This document shows positions 13,374 through 24,960 of a stretch of DNA of 64,000 nt, piece after piece. The first letter of the stretch is position 1. Each line of letters opens with the position of its first letter. The notes under the pieces were generated by a model, which saw only the letters and a list, made by a program, of their open reading frames with translations, searched no databases and had not been told where the DNA came from. Source of the DNA: Lama glama (taxonomy: Eukaryota); the NCBI GenBank assembly GCA_028534125.1, contig CM052816.1, positions 95,668,001 to 95,732,000 of the forward strand, written 5' to 3'. A program made the position numbers and the translations under genes.

Positions 13374-13761
13374 TGTTATGGACTGAATTGACCCCCTCCC
13401 TTAATTCATATGTTGACACCCTATACCCCTAATGTGACTATTTGATGATAAAGCTTTTAGGAGGTAAAGTGAAGTGAGGTCAGTGGGCAGTGTTTTAATC
13501 TGATAGGACTGGTGGTTTTATAAGAACAGGAAGACATACCAGAGACCTCTCTTTTCTCCATGTGCTTGAACCAAGGAGAAGTCACGTGAACACACAAGGA
13601 GGAGGTGGTCATCTCCAAGGCAGGGAAAGAGCTCCCCCCAGAATGTGACCATGCTGATACCCTGATCTCAGACTTCCAGCCTCCAGAGCCATGAGAAATA
13701 AATTTCTGTTGTCTAAGCCACCTGGTCTGTGGTGTTTTGTTATGGCAGCCGCACTAATACA
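13374..13761 (+). mobile_element. MaLR solo LTR, MLT1A0-like
   Basis: tgttatggactgaattg ... ccttgatctcagacttccagcctccag-like motif ... aataaatttctgttg..taagccacc..gttatggcagcc..ctaataca. Confidence 0.9.
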
Positions 13762-15691
13762 GTGAATTCAAATCTAAGCTTTTGGTGCATTCAGGGCTTT
13801 TGTGGCTGGTTGGCATTCTGGCCTCGAAAGTGGGTAGCTCTGTTCCAAAACAGTTTTGCCCTTTGCCATAGTAGACTCTATGAAGTCAGCCTCTCCCTGC
13901 TGCTGGTAACAGCATGATTCCATCATCAGGGTTCCTGGGACAGCTTTTGGTGATGGAGCAAAACTAACCAGCTTGTCCTTGGAGTGATTCATGACCTTGA
14001 CCTATCAACATCACTTCTTGCTGATTGAACTTCACAACCTAGACACTTGTAATTTACAACCTGAAGTCCTCCATGAAAAGGTATATGCAGAATTTAGTTT
14101 ATTAGGTCCTATGGCTTATTTCCATTCCACCAAAGGAAGTTTTTCTGTTAAAAGAAGTAATAATTCTAACCCTTTTTTTGTGTCCCATTGAGTCTCATAC
14201 GTCAACAGATTTCAAAGCTTTAAAAAAAATTTCAAGTTTAGCTTCATATTTGATGTGACTTTTACACTGCTTAGCTGTGTCCAGCCCTAAAAGCATGGCT
14301 TCCGTCTTTCCCTCTGAGACTCACCTTCTGTATCTCTTTGATGCACTAAAATGCTCTCTCTAGATCAATGGAGAGTACCTACACTCCAGACATAGAGCTG
14401 TGACAGGAAATCAATATGCGGTGTGGACAGTTGAGGAGAACCTTAAATAACGCCTTAAAAGAATCCGCACTCCTCAGTTCCCCACTCCCCATGCCCGTGG
14501 AGACCGCTGGCAGTGTCATACCTGCTAACGCACGTAGTCTTTCTTGGTGTGCAGACATTTTGCTAAACCAGCAAATGAAAACTACAGTCAGCATCGCAAT
14601 TAAAAAGGATTTGGATTCACAGATTGCTCTGACACTTTTTTTTTCTCTCCCATACCTATGGTGTGGATATTTTAAAAAATCCTGAACTTGGCACTTTGCT
14701 TAAGTCACACTGAGACCTAACATGCATCTTATTTTCTTTCTAAAAGCGACACTTAGCAACTTTTACTTGCTGGCATCATCTGGTGCCAAGAACAGTGAGA
14801 GGATGCAACTAGAGAGAACCAGAGGCCATTTCTTCTGATGTCAAAGAGAAAGAGAGGGAGAAGAGCCCTATTTATTAGCTTCTCGTTCTAGCATGAAGTA
14901 TTATAAAGCTGCCATATGTAAAAGGATCTACAGAAGGGTCACAGGCCAAAGTTCTGCAATTCCCAAGACACTCGGAGACACCTGTAACAGCCGTAGGTCT
15001 GCCTTTGGCCAGATACACCAGCTGTGGACTTCTCTTGGTGGAGTACCCCTTGGGTAACACACTCTGAGGTTTTCTAGAACAAAACTTTTGCTCAGAAACC
15101 TGCTTAGGCCCCTGGAATTAGACAAAAAGAGGCAAGTCTTGGAGGACATACTTTTCACAGTAGTTTTGTAGCTTGTGTCTGCGACGAGAAACTCAGAGGG
15201 CACTCATGTCGGGCTGAAGCGCGGTAGCTGTGAGAGCTTCCGGGCTCCGGCTGCCTTGCTTGCAGCTGTGGATGGCGTTGTCAAGCTGCCTGTGGTTTGC
15301 AGTAATGCGTCGTCACGACTCAGTCCATGCGCGTTCAGTGCGGGAACTAGGTGTGAGACGGAGCCTGGAGATGGTGTGACAGCTCAGAACGTGAGAGGAC
15401 GTGGAAGAGGGCAGGACAGAGGAGGAGCTGCAGGCATTTGCCACATGGAGGAGGGAAGGTGTGGAAGATGACAGGGAGAAAGGGACCTCGACAAAGGTGG
15501 CCCTTTGTTAGCTGTAGTTGAAAAGAGACAAGAGCTGTGGATTCTTTTTTCAGTTGAGGGATTACCACCAGCAGCAAACATTTATGGCTCATAATAATTT
15601 AGAGAAGGATGGGCCTCGGTCACACAGGACACTGAAGACAGATCCTCTGATATTTTTCCTAGGATGTCATGGCCTAATTTAGGCTCTAGAG

Positions 15692-16302
15692 CTGTTCTGA
15701 TCAGTGTGGCAGCCACTGGCAACATGTGTCTGGTGAGTCCTTGAAAAGTGGCTGGTGTGAATTGTGTCAAATACATTTTGTATTTCAAAGACCCAATAAG
15801 AAAAAATGGCTATTGAATATCTCAATAATTTTTTAAAAATATTGATGATCTGTTATAATGATACTATTTAGGGTATATTGGGTTAATAAAGTCCATTATT
15901 AAAATTAATTTCACTACAGGCTTCTAGTTGTAACATAAATAAGTCATGGGACATAATTAATGGTGAGTATGGTTAATACTGTGTTGAATATTTCAAAGTT
16001 GCTAAGAGAGTAGATCTTAAAAGTTTTTATCACAAGGGAAAAATATTGTAACTCTGTGTTGTGATGGATGTTAACTATATTTATTGTGGTGAACATGTCA
16101 CAGTACATACAAATATCAGATCATTATGTTGTCTGCTTAAAACTAACATAATGTTTTATGTCAATTATATCTCAGTAAAATAATGAGATGATAATGTAAG
16201 TACAAAATTAATTTCACCAATTTTTCTTTACTTTTTAAATTGGTAGGAGGAAATTTAAAATCATCCATGTGGTTCACTTTATATTTCTACCAGACAAGGC
16301 TG
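15692..16302. mobile_element. MER33/MER3-type hAT element, split by an L1 insertion
   Basis: gcagccactggcaacatgtg..gaaaagtggctggtgtga start, catgtggttcactttatatttctaccagacaaggctg end. 8-bp hAT-type TSD ctctagag (15684-15691) / ctccagag (16303-16310). Confidence 0.85.
15915..16203 (+). mobile_element. 5'-truncated L1 3' end (L1MA9-like) nested in the hAT element
   Basis: aaagttgctaagagagtagatcttaaaag..atgtcaattatatctca. Perfect 14-bp TSD aaaattaatttcac at 15901-15914 and 16204-16217. Confidence 0.9.
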
Positions 16303-17441
16303 CTCCAGAGTTATCTAAACAGACTGAGTTAAATCTCTCTTATGCATGATCACACTTCAAAATATTTTAAGTCCCCCAGTTTAAAAAATGAACATCCCTA
16401 ATTCCATCAATTACTCCCTAAATGATCTGGTTCCAGAGGGCTCACCAGGCATGCCACCCCACTTATCAAACATCCCTTTGTCAATGTCTCTCTTGAAATA
16501 CGATGCCTGGAGTCGAATGCTATGATTCCTGAGTATAGCTGAGAAAGGACTCGGGAGGAAACAGTCCAAGGCCCTGCAGTCTGCGTGGTACAGACTGAGA
16601 TTGCTACCCCTCTCACACGTTAGTGTTAAGTTCAGTCTTTCAGGTGACTTCATTGTGAGGTGGGCTGCGGGCTGGCTTGGATCTGATCCTCTGACAGGAG
16701 GAAGGCCCTCAGGAAGATGGAAGAAAGAATCACGGTCCCTTTGGTCCTGGTTACTCATTCTTCCTTCCGTGCATCTGCAGACCTAGCCCCTTCCTCATTC
16801 TTACAGCAGTATGACTTGTAGATTCAATTGGACTCCCTCCCACCTACTCCCCTTGGGAGAAATGATTCATGTAAAATTTCCCTGGTTATATAAACAAGAG
16901 GTGCTGTGTTTTTAACAGCTGGGCTCTGAGAACTTGGAATTCAGGTGCCTCCAAAGCTGTGCAGGGAAGGTTCCATCTCTCTTCTCTGGGCTTCTGATTG
17001 CTCAAGCATCATCTCACATAAGAAGGCTATCCACTCCTGACTCACCCAAAGCCATGTTTGATCTATAGGTGACATCACTGCTTTAGGTGGATGGAAAATT
17101 CAAGCTCTCAAAATGTTCCAGAGGCTTATCTTGGTTTACTTGAGGTGACTGGTGGAGTGGTCGGGAGCAGGACTGGACATCTGGTTGTTTATTGCACTAA
17201 AGTCTAACCATGTCCCATCAAAACTACATCCCACACCCTCTGCTTGACCAAGAGCTAGGAGGAGTGGAGATGGGGGCAAAGAAAGGAGAGAAACCTGCCC
17301 CTGAAGGAGGGAAACAAGAGCAGCCAGTTGAAGAACAATGTTCTCATCATTCTCCCTGGGGCCACCACTCAGTGAATCACCTGCTCAGTCTTGGGGATTA
17401 TTTACGAAACTTTGAATAGTTTCATTCGGCCAGTTGAAAGG

Positions 17442-17445
<4 letters not shown>

Positions 17446-17473
<28 letters not shown>
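17446..17473. repeat. (TG)14 microsatellite
   Basis: Direct read. Confidence 0.95.
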
Positions 17474-17476
<3 letters not shown>

Positions 17477-19162
17477 CATCATTTTGGGACGATAAAGTTA
17501 AACTCCTTAACCCTTTAGTTAGAAAAAAATCTTGAAATCTGGTGTATATATATATTTAATCTTACCCCAAGGAGCTAACACTGTAATCCCTCATTCAGAA
17601 TCCAGCAAACATTCTGCTGGTTGAGTTCTGTGCAGTGAGCGTCCAGAAGACACTTCTGCTTACGGACCACCTTGGGCTTTCCCTGCTTCTCCTCCGAGCA
17701 TCACCTTCTCATCCGGCCCCAGTCACACAGATTATACGTCTCCCCCAGAGGGCAGTTCCGTTGCAGCCAGCATCTTACTGCGCTGTGCATGGTCAGCGCA
17801 GAGGCATTATGGGAACCTCTTGGTGGAAGGTACTTGGTGAAGAATAACGCTACCTAAACGGAGGGTCATTATTACCAGATTAGCTTCCGTCTCCCAGACG
17901 AATTATTTCACAGTCTTGCAGGACGAACTGCGTTTGCCATCTGCTGACCCAATTACCTAAATGATTCAAACGCTTTTAAACCCGGTCACACTGCTTCTCA
18001 TTCTCCTTTCTGCCCTCCCATTTTAGTGCCAACGGCAGATGTCAGAGCCCCAGTGTTCAGGTCCTGTCAGAGCCACTCGGTTTTATGATGCCTCATAGCC
18101 CTCCTCCAGGTGGCCCAGTGACCATCTTGAACTTGACGGCAGTTACGGTCCCGCTTCTTTTCTCATCCAGCCTGTGTCTCCTCTTCTGTATCACCTCCCT
18201 CTTGAAAGTTTACATGGAGTCTTTTTGAAAAATCAAAGAAAGCTGCACAACGCCTGCTTTCTTTGTTTCTTCATTAACTCGGTTGAAGGTGGATGCTTTT
18301 TGGCTTCTTGGCTATATTGTCTAAAAATTATATTCTGGAAGGTTCACGTTTGAACTCTTCTGGCTTACGCATTTTTCCATTATTTGCTTCACTTGTCTTC
18401 AAAACCTATTCTCTTTCTAGGTTAGTTCTCTTAACAGAATTTTAACTGTGTATTCTAAATTTCCATGATTTGTTTAATTTACTGATTTGTATGTATATTT
18501 ATTGCTTAAATCTATCTGAGTTAAGCTTGAAATTGGATGTGGAGGCAGGGATTCGTAATGTAACCAAAGGAACTTCTGTTTATGCAGGGCAAAGGCAGGT
18601 ACAGATGGCCCCAGATGCACTGGTATTGGGTTTGTAGGCAATTCACTAGTTTTGGACATTACCGCAGCCAGGGGTTCTCCTTTTCTTGCAAATATTCTAT
18701 TTCTTACCCTGCCTTGCTTGTTAGTACAAAATAGTGATTTCAGGTCAAAGTAAAGCAAATCATTTATGAGTCTATGCTATGCCAGTACGAGATGTCATAA
18801 CTATGGAAGATGCACACGCAGACATGCACTTCCGCTGTTCTGCTCCCGTAGTCGGATAGCAATGAGAGCCTTAAATCAGTTCAAGATATCAAAACACTTT
18901 GTGATTAATTGGCGAATTCATGGTGCAAACAGTAATTACTGCAGAAAATCTGAGAAGAGAGAGATCACTTCAAAAAATTAATTTTTCAAAATGAAAATGT
19001 GCTTTTATTATTTTTTATGCCCAGAGACATAATACATACTCATTAGAATCAGTGGGAAAAGGTACTGAGAACAGTGGAAAGTCACCTGTAATCTCTACAT
19101 AGAAATGACCGCTGTTGACTCTTCAGGATATAGACTGCTCGGCTTGTTTTTTTGTATTGTAA

Positions 19163-19644
19163 TGTTTTAGTTATTATTTGCTTCATTAAGAAACCATCCC
19201 CAGACTTAGAAGCTTGAAATGCCCACTGTTTATTTAGCTCATGATTCTTCATTTTGGCCATTGGACTGGGTTCAGCTGGGCATCCGGCACAGGCCAGTCT
19301 CAGGTGACCTCACCTGGGCTTCCTCCTTACCTGCAGTCAGCTGGTGGGTCGGCCTTGACTTGCACAGGTGGGACATCTGGGACCTGTCTTCAGTGGCTTC
19401 TGCTCCCTCCAGCAGCCGACCCTGGGCCAGGTCACACGATGGCCTCCAATTTCAAGAGGAGCAGAAAGGTAGGCTCCAACATGCAGCACTTTTCAAGTCT
19501 TTGCTTAGATCACATTTGCTGTGGTCTCACTGGTAAAAGTCAAGTTAAACGGCTCAGCCCAGAGTCGGCGTGGAAGGGCCTATCCTGGGCGGCCTGAAGA
19601 AACTGGGGGCACACTGCGATCCGTTGTTCACAACTAAATCTACA
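19163..19644 (-). mobile_element. MaLR LTR, MLT1G/H-like
   Basis: aaccatccccagacttag..tttatttagctcatgattct, ctgcagtcagctgg, gcacttttcaagtctttgctt..cacatttgct, cagcccagagtc. Followed by a short MLT2-type end (tgtgttagccagggttctctagagaaacagaacc, ~19689-19735). Confidence 0.8.
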
Positions 19645-22600
19645 TTGTTGTAGTGATTTATCAAAATGAGATCCTACTGTATGTGCATGTGTGTTAGCCA
19701 GGGTTCTCTAGAGAAACAGAACCAACAGGATGAACATATCTGTGTATCTGTATCTACGTAATTTTGTTACTGAAGAGTTGATGACTTATTCCTCTTGGCA
19801 TTTTCTCTTTAACTACAACCAAGCATAACCTGATTTGAGTCAGTCTTGTTTACTTCTCCAAAAGCTGCAGCAAGAGCTTAATCTATAAGCACGGGGTAGT
19901 CGGATGACCTTTAAAACCTGTCTACTTCACAGCTTACTGTGTCTCCTACAGAAAGCAGGTCATTTGAACAAAATTAAAGTATGGTTTGGAGAAGGAGATT
20001 TCAACTGACTTTTATTATAATTATTAAAAAAAAAAAGCCAGTATCACCCAATGACCCTCTGGAACTTCCAGAGTGCTCTGAGCTGATGGCAGGAAGCTGG
20101 GGTTTGGGGCGTCTCTGTAGCAAGAAGACGATTTGTCAGAAGGATGAGCAGAATGAGGCTCCCCCTCGAGGGCCAGTGGGATCACAGCAGGAACAAAGAC
20201 AGAGAGCGTGGGGTGGGGGCCCGGGGCCAGTGGGGTGTGAGCTGCCGCTTGACTCCGTCTTCCCCAGACCTTCAGCTTTCATCCGTCCCTACGGACGCAG
20301 GTCTACCTGGGCCACTGGCCGGGACACTTCGGCCTCAGGTGGAGCACTCTGATCCAATAAAGGCTTATCTGGAAACTACACTTTCGGTGGGAAGCAAGCA
20401 CTCTGAAGGGTACACACAAGAAGAAACATGATGCTGTACATGGGACAGTTACATAATGTTATAAAATCAATGTTAGCTCAAAGCAAAGCACGCACGATAA
20501 AACAAAAACTACACAGACAACAGGGGTGGGCCAGAGTTTTGCCTCTCCCCGGACAAAGCACAGGTGCCCCTGCCTGCTATGAAGGACTCCTCCCTCTCTT
20601 AGGAGTCCTTCACCTCACCCACCCAGTTTCCTCCCACCCGCTGGCATGCAGGGCCTGCCAGCTCCCTGTGCCTTGTCTTGATCCAGCTCTATGCCTTTGT
20701 CTATTTCTGCTCTCTCTGCACGTCTAAGCTGCATCGTCCTTTCAGAACGAGCCATCCCAAACCTCTTTGAGAATAAAGGAATAAAACAAAGCTCACACCA
20801 GGCTGTTTCAACCGATCAGGTGGGAAAATACCATTTTTTTTGTTCATTCTTTTAACTTCTGAAGTGCCTACTCTTTTTTTGTGTGTCTTATCAAAAGAGC
20901 TCGGAGCTGGTGATCTTGGGAGGGGCAGCGGCCAAGAGGGGCTGGCAGGTGAGCAAGACACCCCCAGCCTGGCAGGGTCCAAGTTCCCACTGCTGGAGCT
21001 GTGCGCATCCCTGACCTAGTGCAAGAAACTGTTCCAAAGGCACCATTCCACAGGAAGGAAAATCAATAAGTAATTTCTTTCTCCCATGTAGCTCCATAGG
21101 TGACAAGGACAATACACACCCCGCCACAGCTGTGAAGAAATGTGCTTGGAGTGAAAGGCAGCATCCTGTATGGCTCTCAATGAAAATAAAGACAAATGGG
21201 AAAAGCAAAGAAGGCCAGAACAGATAGACATTGATGGGCAGAGAACATTTTTCATAGGCATTTAATTTTTGTTCACTGAGGCACTTTTGCATCAGGGCTG
21301 GTTGTAGGTGGTGCCATAATTCTATTTACAGATGGTCAACATGGACTATTTTTCAAGGTGAAGGGTGAGGCTCGAATCTCTTGAATCTGAATCTATCCCA
21401 GGGCGTCCTCCTTATCTTTCCCCGTTTGGAGAGTACTCTGCGGAAATTGCACGTTAAGTGATGAAATGTGATTGCGGAGGGGAGAGAATTCCTCCTGAGC
21501 TTGGGAAATGGAGCTCACCACAACCGTCATCTATCATTTTTTTGCTTCCAGAGCATTGCCACTGAAATGGAGCTGATTCAGCTGAGTCTGAGGGAACAGT
21601 AGCAACATCAAGTTCAAGAAGCTTAGCGGTTTTGTGGCTGGTACGGGCTCATGTCTTGGGTGCTTTCTGAAATAAGGATTGGAGACAAAGCTCTTCCTTC
21701 TGTTCTTTCAATGAGTGGAAAACTATTTAGTCCTGAAACATTTTTTTCCCCACTACTTTGGCTAAGGGGTCATTCCAAATAAATGAAGCTAAGTGCCTCA
21801 GACATTTTGACACTAGTAAATATTATTTTTCTGGGCAAGCTAGCAAACTCGTTTTCTTTCTGACTTGCCTTTCCTAGGAGGTGAGGAAATGCAGATGTAA
21901 CAATACTGCCAATTATATCAAGATGGTGAAGCAAAAGAAAATGTCTAGAAAGAATTGTTGATCCATTAATAGAATTAATGGTCCCATTATGCCACCTAAA
22001 AAGTTTTATTGTCTTCTGTGTACTGAGAAGCATGAAATTACCATGTAAATAATGTCACGTCTGTGCAAACAATTTACAAGGTGCTCTCCAAATCCAGATT
22101 GAGGCTGTCATTTCTCTTCGTTTGTTAACTAGTGTCTTTTCTGACGTTTTCTTCCATCTCCTATGAGAACTGTATGTTGATTCTTCATTGAAACCTCATC
22201 CTTATGTGACAGGAATCGGTGTATTTTTAAGGACTGGAGAGAGTACCCATCAACACCATTTGGAATTAAGATTCTAGGAGCAAAGACAGCCAGCAAGAGG
22301 CTTATATGAATTTCCTCACATTCCTAGCTGGCTTCATAACCCTTTCAAAGGTAATTTAATTTTCTTTTTGCATTCGCCGAGTTTGTTTTTATGTCTTAAT
22401 GCTTGTGCGCTGAAGGTTCCTGTGGCCTCCTGGCTTCCAGATTATTCTCTATGGACCTCCATTAGACAACTCTGCAGACAGAGGCTGGCAGTGGTGGAAA
22501 GGAAGTGATCATTACAGAATCATGACCATCCTGATCCCTAAAGCAGGCTCCTGCATACATCCAAATCCTGCACGTGGATGCTAAAACTTAATGGTGTTCC

Positions 22601-24162
22601 TTTCCAGAGAAATGCAGTTTCTGGCATTGGGCGTTTTGGTGTAGGTATTTGCTGTTTTCACACACATATGCACACATACCCGCACACATGCACGCATCAC
22701 ACGCGCACAGAACTTCACTGAGAACTTGTATTAATTAGCAGTGCAACCCCAAACCATTCCAAAGAGTGAGGGAGTACATTCCAAACCCTTGAAATACTTC
22801 AAGCAGACGTTTCACGTCATTTCATTAAATTCAGGCCTTGCCGCTCAGGAATGTGGTTTCTGTAGCTGGCCATTATTTCCAAGGTACCTTTTGTTCTGCA
22901 TTCAAAGCGTCTCCAACAAGCGCACTATTAATGGTTTCGCGCGGTGGCATCGTGGGTCTGGCTACCGTGCTGCTCTGTTGGGTACTTGCATTCAGCACCA
23001 AACTGATTGCAAACCAGGTTTTAGCATCTCAAGGTTGTGAGGGCTGGGAACTGTTTTCTCCTGTCACTTGGGTTCGGGCAGAAGAAGAAGATAACAGTCT
23101 CCAGCCCTCTTCACCACGCTGCATTATTAAAGAGGCTGTTGTGGGTACGGGCTTCTCCCAGCGTGAATGGGGTATGCGTGAGTGGTGGCAGCAGAGGGGC
23201 AAAAGGGCATAAATGCTGACACTTGTGAAGTTGCTAAGATTTGGAACTTCCTCTTTGAACATCTAGGTCTTGTGAAGAAGGATCAGGATTCTGCTGGGTG
23301 TTTGGATACTTGCTTATTGTCCTTCAATGTGATTTAAAACTCACAGAAACGATCACACTGCTTACCGCCCGTTCAAGGGCAGCAGTTTCCAGGTGACAAA
23401 GTGGCCTGTGTTAAACATACATTTTACATCACGGGTCATGAGACCTGCCCGGGTAACCCGGTCTACACCTTTCACTTAGGCGGACCCCAGCACCTGTCAG
23501 GGGTGTCCTCGAGGGTGAGCTGACGGTGACTTCTCCCTCAGGCTTCTCCTCACCGATGTGGCTCCACTGGTAGGAACCCTGCAGCCCAGTGAACTCGTAC
23601 TGAGGTGAGGACCCGCTCCGGAGTGCTGACAGTACAGACTCCTTGGAATTACCTCCACTACTGACACATCCCAGATTGCTCTGGTGTTGACACAACTGTG
23701 CAAGCATGGAATGATCTCGACCGTCATGGATTGCATTTGATTTTACGACAGGTTGTCAGGAAGATGAAAGCTTCCGGTGTAGTGTCAGTTTCCATCACCA
23801 TTGAATCATTTACAAATGTGCTCTCAGCAGGAGTCTTGGGAACTGTATGAAAAATGACATTTGCTCACTTCTGCCACGCGATGGTCGCCAGGGATGAGGC
23901 GTGTACGTGATGTGACTCCCCCGCCTAGTGACAGGGCACGCGGGCTTGGAGATCAACCCTCAGGGAAATGCCTCCCCTGTGGCAAGATCACAGAGACACA
24001 GTCCTACACCACTCGGTGGTTACTCTATGACTGTTTCAGGAACAAGAGTGAATTATAGGGACACAAGATCGTTGCTTTCTGGGAACCCACCGGGGAATTT
24101 TTTATTTTAATGTAACATCATAGATCCTCCAATGTAGCCTTTTAGAAATGGAACCAACCCTC

Positions 24163-24641
24163 TGTGAATGAAAAATATCGCGAGCCATGCTGTGGCCATC
24201 AAGTCATCAGCTGCTACCGCTGCCCCCGGCAGTGAGTGGGGGCACTCGGCATGCAGACAGCAGGCAGCCCGGCCTCTGCGGCCACCCCTAGCGGTGCCCC
24301 CTGAGGGGACTCAGGATGGGAAAGCACAGGACACTGGCCCTAGAGAGCTAGGTGCACATCAAAGGGATGATTCCCTTGAGCCCAGACCTGTGTACCTTCC
24401 CATGTAGAAAAGCGCTAGGTTCCTTAACCTCAGCCATCAGTTTTCTTTAATTAACAGTAATCTTTTGGTGTTCTGCCTCCTTGGTCTTTGTTATAAAAGC
24501 TCCAGTAAATCCCAGCTCCTCCCCCACCTCTTCGGAGCCGTCCCTCAGAGCTGTCTGAGAGGCTGCCATCCAGGCTGAGTCCTCAGAAAGTCCACCAAAC
24601 AAACTCTCCACTTTTAGCTGTGCATTTTATTTCAGCCGACA
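24163..24641 (+). mobile_element. Solo LTR, cetartiodactyl ERV-type
   Basis: TG..CA termini (tgtgaatg...cagccgaca), perfect 5-bp TSD ccctc at 24158-24162 and 24642-24646, TATAAAA at 24492-24498, 3' end cttttagctgtgcattttatttcagccgaca resembling ruminant/camelid LTR families. Confidence 0.88.
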
Positions 24642-24649
24642 CCCTCGTG

Positions 24650-24960
24650 CATTTATTTTACTTGAGCTGTGCTGACTGCGCCTCGGCTCCACGCCAGGCT
24701 CTCTGCAGGCCAGGGGCAGGTCCTGCCCTCACCCTGCTAACGTTCTAGAGAGGAGAGAGACAGTTAAGAGACAAGACGCGAACAGTCAAATAACCCTTGG
24801 CACAAACACTGCGAAGCAAACTAAAGGAGGATTCGGGCTGAGAAGAGGCGCCCTGCCGAGGATGGGGCCGGGCCAGGGTCCGGAGCAGGAGGCGCGTGAG
24901 CAGCGCCAGAGCGGAGCGCCCCAGGAGAAGCAGGCGGTGCTCAGGGACGAGCGCAGCCCC
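24650..24960 (-). mobile_element. CpG-rich L2 remnant
   Basis: gtcctgccctcaccctgctaacgttctagagaggagagagacagttaa..actgcgaagcaaactaaag resembles the reverse complement of the L2 3' region. Confidence 0.55.
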
